Part shown: piece by piece, positions 29,752 through 38,930 of the stretch
How positions within the stretch are numbered: the first letter of the stretch is position 1
Layout: each line of letters starts with the position of its first letter
Source: an uncultured Bacteroidaceae bacterium
Lineage (GTDB): Bacteria > Bacteroidota > Bacteroidia > Bacteroidales > Bacteroidaceae
Assembly: GCA_964570685.1 (NCBI GenBank)
Contig: CAZMZC010000011.1
Coordinates: forward strand, 866 to 64,865
Length of the DNA: 64,000 nucleotides
Direction: 5' to 3'
Program-made: the position numbers and the translations under genes
The notes under the pieces: generated by a model
Seen by the model: the letters and a program-made list of their open reading frames with translations, nothing else
Told to the model about the DNA's origin: nothing
The model's database searches: none

Positions 29752-32049
29752 ATGAGAAGAGCCATCACTGCACTGCTATCGCTACTGATACTGACGGGCT
29801 GGGTGTGTGCCCAGTCCGTAGGACTGGTGCTGAGCGGTGGCGGTGCCAAGGGCATCACACACATAGGCATCATACAGGCGCTGGAGGAGAACGGCATACC
29901 CATCGACTACATCGCGGGCACCTCGATAGGCGCTATCATCGGCGGGCTCTATGCCATGGGCTACACGCCGCAAGAGATGCTCGACCTCATCGGGTCAAAA
30001 GAGTTCCAGCAATGCTACTCGGGCGAAATCGACGAAGACAACCTCTACTACATCAAGCAGAACGAGCCCACACCGGCACTGTATACCATCAAGGCCAACG
30101 TGGGCGACTCTATCACCGTGGTGCAGGCCCTGCCAATCAGCCTCATCGACCCCGTGCACATGAACATCAAGATACTGGAACTCTGCGTGCAGGCCACTGC
30201 GGCGTGTAAAGAGAACTTCGACAGCCTCTTCGTGCCCTTCCGCTGCGTAGCCTCCGACGTGTACAACAAGCAGGAGCTGGTATTCAGCCAAGGCGACCTG
30301 GGCAATGCCGTGCGGGCCTCGATGACATTCCCCCTCGTGTTCCGCCCCATTAAGATAAACGGCGTGCTGGCATTCGACGGCGGCATATACAACAACTTCC
30401 CAGCCAATGTGATGAAGAGCGACTTTGCGCCCGACTATATCATCGGCAGCATAGTGTCTGCCAACAAGGAGCAGCCCGCCGCCGATGACATTGTGGCTCA
30501 GGTGGAAAGCATGATTATGCAGGCAAGCAACTACACCTTGCCCGACGAGAACGGCATACTGATGAACTTTGACCTGCAAAGCGAGGCCGGACTGCTCGAT
30601 TTCGACAAGGCACAGTACCTCTTCGAACTGGGCTATGCCACCACCATGCAGCTTATCGACTCTATCAAAGGCAAGGTGTTGCGTACGCAACCTCTCGACA
30701 GTCTGCAAAAACGCCGTGAAGCCTACAAGCAAACCCTCCCCGAGGTAATATTCCAAAACATCAGCGTAAGTGGTGTAAACGAAAGCCAACGCAGGTTTAT
30801 CGTTAACGAAATACGCCCCGCAGGACACCGTTATGTACGCCTCAAGGAATTCAGAGAGGCCTACTTCCGCCTGATGTCAGAGAATGTAATCAACGAGATA
30901 CACCCCACGGCCGTATACAACCCGAAGAGCAAGACCTTTGACCTGCACCTCGACGTATCGATGAAAGATAACATCGCTTTCTCTTTTGGTGGGGGATTGT
31001 CGACCAACAACATCAACCAGATATACTTTGGCCTGGACTACAACCACCTGCGCCGCCACTCCACGGAACTTCAGCTCGACGGGCAGTTTGGCCGCATGTA
31101 CAACAACGTACAGCTCATGGGCCGCTTCAACTTTGCCACCGACATACCCATGTCGCTCCGCGTGCTGGGGTCGCACTCTACGATGAACTATTTCAAGCAG
31201 AGCTTCCTCTTCTCCGACAATACCACCCCTGCCCTTAACAAGCAGACCGAGACTTTCGGAAAGCTCAAGCTCGCCCTCCCCTTCATGACGCAGCACAAGG
31301 CCGAATTCGGCATCGGCATCGGACAGATTACCGACAGCTACATGCAGGGCAACACCATAGACCTGAGCAACATCGCCTACAACAGCAATCGCTACCGTCT
31401 ATTGGGTGGTTCGGTGCTCTTCAAACGCAACTCGCTCAACAGCATCCAATATGCCACCAAGGGAGCCTCGCAGCAGATTCTGGCACAAATATTCACAGGC
31501 ACCAACACCTACACCCCCTATTCTGTATTGCAAGGCCAACCCTCCGAGGAGCCTATCTCGTGGATGCAGCTGCACTTCAGAGACCAGCGCTACCTGCCAT
31601 CTGGAGGCAAGTTCATACTGGGCACCCACCTTGAGGGCTACTATTCGTCGCGCAACTTGGTACAAAACTACACCGCCACCATGATGCAGGCAGGTACCTT
31701 CTCTCCCACTCCCTGCACGCTCTTCACCTATAACACCACCTTCCGCGCCAATCAATACATTGCCGCAGGCCTCAAGCCCATCTACGCCCTCAACCCCTAC
31801 CTGCAGTTCCGCTTCGAGGCCTACGCCTTTGTCCCCATCCTGCCCATCTTGCAGAACGAAGAGGGCAAGGCATATTACGGACAGGCCTTCTCCACCTTCG
31901 CCCACCTCGAAGAACTATCCATCGTAGGACGTTTCTCCACCTTCGTCATTAGCGCCTACCTCAACCACAACAGCAGTGCTCCCAGAAGCGTCAGCGCAGG
32001 CATATCACTCGGGTGGTACATGTTCAACAACCGGTTCATAGAGCAATGA
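29752..32049 (+). CDS. patatin-like phospholipase with C-terminal beta-barrel (surface-antigen-like) domain
   Basis: 765 aa. GLVLSGGGAKGITHIG (oxyanion hole) and GTSIGA (GXSXG nucleophile). The long C-terminal half has an alternating beta pattern. TATATTTG box at 29627..29634. Confidence 0.87.
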   Translation: MRRAITALLSLLILTGWVCAQSVGLVLSGGGAKGITHIGIIQALEENGIPIDYIAGTSIGAIIGGLYAMGYTPQEMLDLIGSKEFQQCYSGEIDEDNLYYIKQNEPTPALYTIKANVGDSITVVQALPISLIDPVHMNIKILELCVQATAACKENFDSLFVPFRCVASDVYNKQELVFSQGDLGNAVRASMTFPLVFRPIKINGVLAFDGGIYNNFPANVMKSDFAPDYIIGSIVSANKEQPAADDIVAQVESMIMQASNYTLPDENGILMNFDLQSEAGLLDFDKAQYLFELGYATTMQLIDSIKGKVLRTQPLDSLQKRREAYKQTLPEVIFQNISVSGVNESQRRFIVNEIRPAGHRYVRLKEFREAYFRLMSENVINEIHPTAVYNPKSKTFDLHLDVSMKDNIAFSFGGGLSTNNINQIYFGLDYNHLRRHSTELQLDGQFGRMYNNVQLMGRFNFATDIPMSLRVLGSHSTMNYFKQSFLFSDNTTPALNKQTETFGKLKLALPFMTQHKAEFGIGIGQITDSYMQGNTIDLSNIAYNSNRYRLLGGSVLFKRNSLNSIQYATKGASQQILAQIFTGTNTYTPYSVLQGQPSEEPISWMQLHFRDQRYLPSGGKFILGTHLEGYYSSRNLVQNYTATMMQAGTFSPTPCTLFTYNTTFRANQYIAAGLKPIYALNPYLQFRFEAYAFVPILPILQNEEGKAYYGQAFSTFAHLEELSIVGRFSTFVISAYLNHNSSAPRSVSAGISLGWYMFNNRFIEQ

Positions 32050-32114
32050 CGTTCCGACAGACAGATGCCATCTGAAGAAAATTGAAGATTTTTTGAAAAA
32101 AAGTCGCCACACAT

Positions 32115-32145
32115 TTTGCAGATTCAAAAAAAGGCAGTACCTTTG
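32115..32145 (+). promoter_or_regulatory. tRNA promoter: -33 TTTG (32115..32118) and -7 TACCTTTG (32138..32145)
   Basis: acattttgcagattcaaaaaaaggcagtacctttgcatcg. Same architecture as the two cassettes at 59.84 and 60.09 kb. Confidence 0.6.
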
Positions 32146-32167
32146 CATCGCAATTGAGAAAAACAAC

Positions 32168-32241
32168 GGCTCCTTAGCTCAACTGAATAGAGCATTTGAC
32201 TACGGATCAAAAGGTTATAGGTTTGAATCCTATAGGAGTCA
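32168..32241 (+). tRNA. tRNA-Arg (anticodon ACG)
   Basis: Manual cloverleaf. Acceptor GGCTCCT/AGGAGTC, D arm GCTC-AACTGAATA-GAGC, anticodon arm TTTGA-CTACGGA-TCAAA, variable loop AGGTT, T arm ATAGG-TTTGAAT-CCTAT, discriminator A. No encoded CCA. Confidence 0.88.
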
Positions 32242-32252
32242 CTCAGAAGCAG

Positions 32253-32283
32253 GACGAACAACTTCGGTTGTTCGTCTTTTTTT
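32253..32283 (+). terminator. Rho-independent terminator after the tRNA
   Basis: gacgaacaac-ttcg-gttgttcgtc (perfect 10-bp stem) followed by ttttttt. Confidence 0.85.
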
Positions 32284-32378
32284 GTGCAAATAGTATTGAA
32301 CAAACAAGCGCGTGGAAATGTTGATTAGTTGTCAAAAATAACAAGCCTCTATTCACAAACTCTTCAACCCATACACTT

Positions 32379-32738
32379 ATGAACAAAGACATCAACGAGC
32401 ACCAGTCGCTCCGCGTCATCCACGCCATCGCACGGGTTTACCGCACAACATCGCCACAGTCAAGACAAATCGTCAGAGACATACACCATGTAATTGCCGC
32501 CTACGAACTGTGCGACAAGGAAGCAGCCCTCGCCTGCAACCGCTACATCATCACCAAATATCCTATCTTATATAAAGTAGCGCCACGCTATGGGCTACAC
32601 CCGATGAGTCCGAACGAGTTCTTCGGACGCACCGAGAGCGAGTTGCAGCATACGCTCTACAATCTCTGCATCTTCCTATACGACAGCCTCAAGAAACAAT
32701 CCATAGGCATAAAAAAGCAGGAAGACATGCCACTCTGA
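32379..32738 (+). CDS. hypothetical protein (119 aa)
   Basis: ORF track only. No recognisable motif. Confidence 0.35.
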   Translation: MNKDINEHQSLRVIHAIARVYRTTSPQSRQIVRDIHHVIAAYELCDKEAALACNRYIITKYPILYKVAPRYGLHPMSPNEFFGRTESELQHTLYNLCIFLYDSLKKQSIGIKKQEDMPL

Positions 32739-32778
32739 CATATCTTCCCACAATTATACTGTTCGCAGGGACTACTAC

Positions 32779-34473
32779 TTAATCTGTTGTCAGCTTGCGA
32801 TAACGGATGCGCTTGGGTTCTTCGCGACCGAGGCGCATCTGCTTATTGGCTTCGTACTCGCTATAGGAGCCTTCGAAGAAGAACACCTGGCTGTCGCCCT
32901 CAAAAGCGAGGATATGGGTACAGATACGGTCGAGGAACCAGCGGTCGTGGCTGATTACTACGGCGCAGCCTGCAAAGTTCTCAAGACCCTCCTCAAGGGC
33001 ACGCAGGGTATTCACGTCAATATCGTTGGTAGGCTCGTCGAGCAAGAGCACGTTGCCCTCCTGCTTCAAGGCAAGGGCGAGCTGGAGGCGGTTGCGCTCA
33101 CCACCGGAGAGCATCGAGCACATCTTCTCCTGATCACTGCCGGCAAAGTTGAAACGGCTGAGGTAGGCACGGGCATTCACGTCGCGACCTCCCATACGGA
33201 AAAGTTCGTTGCCCTGGCTCACCACCTGGTATACGGTCTTGTTGGGATCGATATCCTGATGCTGCTGGTCCACGTAGGCGAGCTTCACGGTCTCACCCAC
33301 CTCGAAGGTGCCCTTGTCGGGTGTTTCGAGGCCCATGATAAGGCGGAACAATGTGGTCTTACCTGCACCATTGGGACCGATGACACCTACGATGCCGTTG
33401 GGCGGCAGCATGAAGTTGAGGTTCTCATAGAGCAGCTTATCGCCGTATGCCTTGGCCACGCCCTGTGCCCCGATAACCTTGTTGCCCAAGCGGGGACCGT
33501 TGGGGATAAAGATTTCGAGCTTCTCCTCGCGCTCCTTCTGGTCTTCGTTGAGGAGTTTGTCGTATGAGTTCAGACGGGCCTTACCCTTGGCCTGACGTGC
33601 CTTGGGAGCCATACGCACCCATTCGAGCTCGCGCTCCAAGGTCTTGCGGCGCTTCGATGCCTGCTTCTCCTCCTGCTCCAGCCGCTTCGACTTCTGCTCC
33701 AGCCAGCTGCTGTAGTTGCCCTTCCAAGGAATACCTTCACCACGGTCAAGCTCAAGAATCCATCCTGCCACATTATCAAGGAAGTAGCGGTCGTGAGTCA
33801 CGGCAATCACCGTACCCTCGTACTGCTGCAAGTGCTGCTCCAGCCAGTCGATACTCTCGGCATCGAGGTGATTGGTAGGCTCGTCGAGCAAGAGGATATC
33901 GGGCTTCTGCAAGAGCAGACGGCACAATGCCACACGGCGACGCTCACCACCGGAGAGATGGGTTACGGGCTGGTCTTCGGGCGGACAACGGAGTGCATCC
34001 ATCGCACGCTCGAGCTTCGAATCGAGGTTCCACGCATCGGTAGCATCGATGATATCCTGCAACTCGGCCTGGCGGGCAAAGAGCTGGTCCATCTTGTCGG
34101 GGTCTTCGTAATACTCGGGCAAGCCGAACTTATCGTTGATAGCCTCATACTCGGCCAGTGCATCCACGATAGGCTGCACGCCCTCCATCACCACCTCCTT
34201 GACCGTCTTCGTGGGGTCGAGCTGAGGGTCCTGCGGCAGATAGCCCACGCTATAGCCGGGCGAAAACACCACTTCGCCCTGATAGTCCTTCTCCAGTCCG
34301 GCGATAATCTTCATCAAGGTCGATTTACCCGAACCGTTGAGACCAATGATACCAATCTTTGCTCCGTAGAAGAAGGAGAGATAGATATCCTTAAGGATTT
34401 GCTTGTTTTGCTGATAGGCCTTCGATACGCCTACCATCGAGAAAATAATCTTCTTGTCGTCTACTGTTGCCAT
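32779..34473 (-). CDS. ettA: energy-dependent translational throttle protein EttA (ABC-F ATPase)
   Basis: 564 aa with two ABC cassettes (GLNGSGKST / LSGGERRRVAL and GPNGAGKTT / LSGGERNRLQL), no TM domain, and an EttA-type N-terminus ...KIIFSMVGVSKAY. Confidence 0.92.
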   Translation of the reverse strand: MATVDDKKIIFSMVGVSKAYQQNKQILKDIYLSFFYGAKIGIIGLNGSGKSTLMKIIAGLEKDYQGEVVFSPGYSVGYLPQDPQLDPTKTVKEVVMEGVQPIVDALAEYEAINDKFGLPEYYEDPDKMDQLFARQAELQDIIDATDAWNLDSKLERAMDALRCPPEDQPVTHLSGGERRRVALCRLLLQKPDILLLDEPTNHLDAESIDWLEQHLQQYEGTVIAVTHDRYFLDNVAGWILELDRGEGIPWKGNYSSWLEQKSKRLEQEEKQASKRRKTLERELEWVRMAPKARQAKGKARLNSYDKLLNEDQKEREEKLEIFIPNGPRLGNKVIGAQGVAKAYGDKLLYENLNFMLPPNGIVGVIGPNGAGKTTLFRLIMGLETPDKGTFEVGETVKLAYVDQQHQDIDPNKTVYQVVSQGNELFRMGGRDVNARAYLSRFNFAGSDQEKMCSMLSGGERNRLQLALALKQEGNVLLLDEPTNDIDVNTLRALEEGLENFAGCAVVISHDRWFLDRICTHILAFEGDSQVFFFEGSYSEYEANKQMRLGREEPKRIRYRKLTTD

Positions 34474-34590
34474 ATATTCGTTCTATATTCTGAATTGTGA
34501 CGCGAAGATACAACAAAAATTTGAGTTAACGAATAGGATATTAGTTTACTTCTATTTTTCCGAGCCACAAGCATTGCCGAAAGCCTACAA

Positions 34591-35292
34591 TCATCCTTCT
34601 TGGCCTTGTTGTTCAGTTGATGTTTTCTGTTCCGTAAGATGCCCGGTGCGGATGATATTGGTCAAGTAAACCGTAAATACAGGCAGCAGCATCATACCGG
34701 CCAAAGCCAACAATACAGAAATCACCTTACCCACCGTCGTAACAGCCTGTATGCTACATCCTGCTGTCGTGGCCGTCATACAGGAATACCACAGACAATC
34801 CCAGAAGTTATGTACCAAGGGATTGGCATTCACCTCCAGCACATAGAAAATAAGACTGCAATAATATATAAAGGAGAAGAGCACCACGATGTAGGTGATG
34901 AGCAGACCTGCCGTGAGGTCGCGCAAGAGCCAATAGGCGATAATAGTAAAAGCTATATATCCACGAATGAGCGGGATGAAACGAAAGAGGAACTCCATCT
35001 CGGGGGAAAGCTCCACACCCCACCAATCAAACAAAGTGAGATAGGGTATTATTAGAAGAAGGAATAGTACGTGCTTGCCAAAATACTGCCACGAATTCTC
35101 TGCATTATACACCTCGAGGCCAAACAGTACAATGAGCAGCACGCAAATCCAGAACTGTAGGTCGAGATAATTGATATCATCATAGAAAGGTACTCCCTTA
35201 AACGTATCAATGGATATACTGATAACGAGCAGCAGAGAGAGCATAAAAGCCGAGAGGTGAAGGGCCAGCTGTATGCTTTGTTTGTTCATCAT
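34591..35292 (-). CDS. ion-channel family membrane protein (K+-channel-like pore with a non-canonical filter)
   Basis: 233 aa, multi-TM. The pore-loop region ...WYSCMTATTAGCSIQAVTT... resembles the TTVGYG context but is degenerate. Confidence 0.55.
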   Translation of the reverse strand: MMNKQSIQLALHLSAFMLSLLLVISISIDTFKGVPFYDDINYLDLQFWICVLLIVLFGLEVYNAENSWQYFGKHVLFLLLIIPYLTLFDWWGVELSPEMEFLFRFIPLIRGYIAFTIIAYWLLRDLTAGLLITYIVVLFSFIYYCSLIFYVLEVNANPLVHNFWDCLWYSCMTATTAGCSIQAVTTVGKVISVLLALAGMMLLPVFTVYLTNIIRTGHLTEQKTSTEQQGQEG

Positions 35293-35297
35293 GCCAA

Positions 35298-35394
35298 TTT
35301 AGAGTTAAAAGTGAAGAGTGAAGAGTTAACCCATAAATGGCGACAAAAGTTCTATCGCCGGGCAAAACTCTTCACTCTTAACCCTAAACTCTAA
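35298..35394. repeat. Word-repeat-based long hairpin (GTGAAGA words)
   Basis: ttagagtt (35299..35306) pairs with aactctaa (35387..35394), and aagagtgaagagtt (35314..35327) pairs with aactcttcactctt (35366..35379). An inner hairpin ggcga...tcgcc lies in the loop. Confidence 0.85.
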
Positions 35395-35402
35395 GCACGT
35401 TC

Positions 35403-37013
35403 CTACCACGAGTAGTTGAGACCGAAGGTCAAGTACTCCTTGAACTGGAAGAAGCCCCAGTGGTCGTTGCGTGCCACGTGGTCGTCGAATCGGGTGTGGA
35501 AGAAAAGCGTAGTAGAGATATACTTGCTCACCTGGAAGTTGAAGGTATTTTCCCAATCCATCTGCACGTAGTCATACGGAGTATAGTAGTAGAAACGGGT
35601 GCGATAACTGATATTCTTGGTAATATTATAGTTAAAGTTCACCTCCAGCTTCGAACCGACATCGTTACGGATGCGGCCTTTCTCAATACCATACTTAGAT
35701 GCTAAATCCTTGACTGCCACAAAGGTCATCTTGTATGACAAGGGACCGGGGAAGATTGATATGCTACCATTCTTGAAGTTCTTCTTGAAGTCCATACCGA
35801 CGGTGAGCGAACCATTGAACGGGGTCATGAAACGAGATTTCAGCGTGTTGTCGCCATTGAAGTGCTGCATCATCTGCGTTTCGCCCTGCGCCTCTACAGT
35901 GTAGTTCCAGTTTCGGATAGCCTTAAGATTAAGTTTCGAAGTCATACGCAACATATCTTGGTTAGACTGCATGTCAGCGCCCATATTCTGATAGAAACCG
36001 ATACGTGCCTCCAACTTATTGTCCCACTGCACTTTCTTCTTGTTGTTATAATTGGCCTCGAGGCGCATGGTAGAGAGCACGTTGATATTGTTCGTACCGC
36101 CCTGATACCAGTTGGGCGAGAAGAACGACTCTGTCATCTGTGTGGAGAAGTTACCCAAGGTTTTCCAGAAATTAGGCTTCTGCACCACCATGTCAGTAAC
36201 GATCTCGGCCTTTTCACCACCAGCCTGCGGCAATGCGATATTCACCGGAACATCCAGCTTCACATTGTCCACCGTGCTCTTGATAGCCTCTGCAGAGACA
36301 CTCTGATTGGCGCGGAGAGAGTCCTCGGTCATGAGCACTCGAGTGGGCGATGCGAGATAAGTGTTAAGCAACACACGATCGAGTTCCTGCAGCAGGCGTA
36401 GGTCCCGACCACTGCTCATCGATGCTTGACGGATGCTATCGGCCTCATCTATAGCCACAAGCTCTTTCACCTGCATAGCACTGCTCACAGGAGTCTTATA
36501 CAACGTGAGCGGAGCAAAGAGACGGAAGAAGTAGGAGTTGAAATGTATAGAATCCTCACCCGTAACAGCAGCCACCGCAGAGTCATATTCACGTACCATC
36601 TTATCGAGTAAGCGGTTATACTTATTCACTACAGCCGTATCGGAAAACACCTCCTGCACCATTTGGGCATCGAGAAGTGCCCGAGCAGATATCATATCAG
36701 TCACCGCTTTCACCTTCTCCATTACCAGAGCAGTGGAGTCTACAGGCTGCAAGCGGAAGTTAAAGACCACAGAATCAGTAGTACCATTCAAGCCATCCGC
36801 CACACCGAGACTATCCGCAGCAACCTGCGAGAGGGTATCTGCTACAGCCAGTGAAACACTATCAGCTACAATCTTAGCCGAGTCTGCAACTACGATTCGA
36901 GTTGAGTCAGACACCTTAGTTACTTGTGCCTGCGAATCGGTATCTACAGTCTGAGCCATCGTCCATCCCAAGCAGCACACCAGCAAGCAGCCCAGCATTC
37001 CAAATCTTTTCAT
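35403..37013 (-). CDS. outer-membrane beta-barrel protein (DUF3078-like)
   Basis: ORF 35403..37049. I prefer the start at 37013 (MKRFGMLGCLLVCCLGWTMAQ signal peptide). The C-terminal ~300 aa have an alternating beta pattern and end ...LTFGLNYSW. The family name is from memory. Confidence 0.6.
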   Translation of the reverse strand: MKRFGMLGCLLVCCLGWTMAQTVDTDSQAQVTKVSDSTRIVVADSAKIVADSVSLAVADTLSQVAADSLGVADGLNGTTDSVVFNFRLQPVDSTALVMEKVKAVTDMISARALLDAQMVQEVFSDTAVVNKYNRLLDKMVREYDSAVAAVTGEDSIHFNSYFFRLFAPLTLYKTPVSSAMQVKELVAIDEADSIRQASMSSGRDLRLLQELDRVLLNTYLASPTRVLMTEDSLRANQSVSAEAIKSTVDNVKLDVPVNIALPQAGGEKAEIVTDMVVQKPNFWKTLGNFSTQMTESFFSPNWYQGGTNNINVLSTMRLEANYNNKKKVQWDNKLEARIGFYQNMGADMQSNQDMLRMTSKLNLKAIRNWNYTVEAQGETQMMQHFNGDNTLKSRFMTPFNGSLTVGMDFKKNFKNGSISIFPGPLSYKMTFVAVKDLASKYGIEKGRIRNDVGSKLEVNFNYNITKNISYRTRFYYYTPYDYVQMDWENTFNFQVSKYISTTLFFHTRFDDHVARNDHWGFFQFKEYLTFGLNYSW

Positions 37014-37172
37014 AAACGTCTTTTTCTTAATTTTTATAATATGCGACAAAATTGACTGCGAAGATACATATTTTTACAATAGCCAACACCATATCGGCAC
37101 GCTTTATGCCATTTTTTTTATTTTTTCAGAAACTTAATCTCTCTTTATTGTCCACATTTCCCCAAAAATAAC

Positions 37173-37180
37173 TAAATTTG
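37173..37180 (+). promoter_or_regulatory. -7 box (TAAATTTG) upstream of pyrG
   Basis: TAnnTTTG match about 45 nt upstream of the ATG at 37225. Confidence 0.5.
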
Positions 37181-37224
37181 CAGCTTGGAAATTTCAATAC
37201 AGAATATATAAAACTTTTTGTGTT

Positions 37225-38817
37225 ATGGCTGAAACAAAGTACATCTTCGTCACTGGTGGCGTAGCCTCTTCGCTTGGAAAAGGCGTTATCTCCTCATCAA
37301 TAGGAAAGTTGCTGCAAGCACGCGGCTACAATGTGACAATCCAGAAGTTCGACCCGTATATCAACATCAACCCCGGTACGCTCAACCCCAACGAGCACGG
37401 CGAATGCTATGTGACCGTTGACGGACACGAAGCCGACCTCGACCTCGGCCACTACGAGCGTTTCCTCGGCGTGAATATGACCAAGGCCAACAACATCACT
37501 ACAGGACGTATCTACAAGCGTGTTATCGACCGTGAGCGTCGCGGCGAATACCACGGCAAGACCATCCAGGTAGTACCTCATATCACCGACGAAATCAAGC
37601 GCAACGTGAAGGCGCTCGGCACCAAGTCGCAGTTCGACTTCATCATCACCGAGATTGGCGGTACCGTGGGCGACATCGAGTCACTGCCCTACATGGAGAG
37701 TGTGCGCCAGCTCAAGTTCGAGCTCGGCCGCAATGCCCTCTGCGTGCACCTCACCTACGTACCCTACCTCGCTGCAGCCGGCGAGCTGAAGACCAAGCCT
37801 ACACAGCACTCTGTACAGAAATTGCAGTCGCTCGGTATCCAACCCGACGTATTGGTACTGCGTACCGAGCACGAGCTCCCCGAAGACCTGAAGAAGAAGA
37901 CAGCGCTCTTCTGCAACGTGGATGCCGATGCCGTATTCCAATCCATCGACGCCTCCACCATCTATGAGGTACCCGTATTGTTGCAGAATCAGAGCATGGA
38001 CGACATCATCCTGCGCAAACTCGGCATCACACCTGGTCCAAAACCCGCTCTTGGTCCTTGGAAGGAATTCCTCGACCTCCGCGCCAAGGCTACCGAAGAG
38101 GTACACATCGGTCTCGTAGGCAAGTACGACCTGCAGGATGCCTACAAGTCAATCCTCGAAGCAGCCTCACAAGCCGCTACCTATAACAACCGCAAGCTGA
38201 AGATGCAGTTCTTCAACAGCGAGAACATCACCAACGAGAACGTGGCCAAGACACTCGAAGGCATGGACGGTATCATCATAGGCCCTGGAGCCGGACAGCG
38301 CGGTATCGAGGGCAAGAACATCGTAGCCCGCTATACCCGCGAGAACAACATCCCCACCTTCGGTATCGGTCTCGGCATGCAGTGCATGGTGGTAGAGTTT
38401 GCCCGCAACGTACTCGGCATCGCCGATGCCAACTCACGCGAGATGAACGAAGCTACTCCCAACAACGTTGTTGACATCATGGAGGAGCAGAAGGCTCACC
38501 TCAGCGACACCATGCGTATGGGTAACTTCGACTGCGCACTCATCGAGGGCAGCAAGCTCAAGGAAATCTACGGCGCCAACTGCATCCAGGAGCGTCACCA
38601 CCACCGCTACGAGCTCAACAACAAGTATCAGGAGCAGCTCGAAGCAGCCGGTATGAAGTGCGTGGGCATCAACCCCGACACCAAACTCGTAGAGGCCATT
38701 GAGGTAGCCGAGCATCCTTGGTACATCGGTGTGCAGTACTATCCCCAGTACAACAGCACCGTGCTCAAGCCCCACCCCCTGTTCCTTGCATTCATCAAGG
38801 CAGCCATCGGCAATTGA
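37225..38817 (+). CDS. pyrG: CTP synthase
   Basis: 530 aa. KYIFVTGGVASSLGKG, and the glutamine-amidotransferase cysteine context GIGLGMQCMVVEFARN. Confidence 0.97.
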   Translation: MAETKYIFVTGGVASSLGKGVISSSIGKLLQARGYNVTIQKFDPYININPGTLNPNEHGECYVTVDGHEADLDLGHYERFLGVNMTKANNITTGRIYKRVIDRERRGEYHGKTIQVVPHITDEIKRNVKALGTKSQFDFIITEIGGTVGDIESLPYMESVRQLKFELGRNALCVHLTYVPYLAAAGELKTKPTQHSVQKLQSLGIQPDVLVLRTEHELPEDLKKKTALFCNVDADAVFQSIDASTIYEVPVLLQNQSMDDIILRKLGITPGPKPALGPWKEFLDLRAKATEEVHIGLVGKYDLQDAYKSILEAASQAATYNNRKLKMQFFNSENITNENVAKTLEGMDGIIIGPGAGQRGIEGKNIVARYTRENNIPTFGIGLGMQCMVVEFARNVLGIADANSREMNEATPNNVVDIMEEQKAHLSDTMRMGNFDCALIEGSKLKEIYGANCIQERHHHRYELNNKYQEQLEAAGMKCVGINPDTKLVEAIEVAEHPWYIGVQYYPQYNSTVLKPHPLFLAFIKAAIGN

Positions 38818-38850
38818 TATGTGACAATTCACAATTGACAATTGACAAAT
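38811..38850 (+). repeat. Heptamer CAATTGA word repeat containing the pyrG stop codon
   Basis: caattgatatgtgacaattcacaattgacaattgacaaat. The TGA at 38815..38817 is the stop codon. Confidence 0.9.
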
Positions 38851-38930
38851 AAAAAGAAGTCAAGTAGGCGCAGACGCTGTCTGCGCTTACTATTAGTAAT
38901 AATAAGATAACAGAAAGCAACCAAGAAAGA

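Noticed and set aside
32284-32778. Genomic island or integrated element at the tRNA-Arg 3' end.
   Set aside because: Only one 119-aa orphan ORF lies before the core gene ettA. There is no integrase and no direct repeat of the tRNA 3' end.
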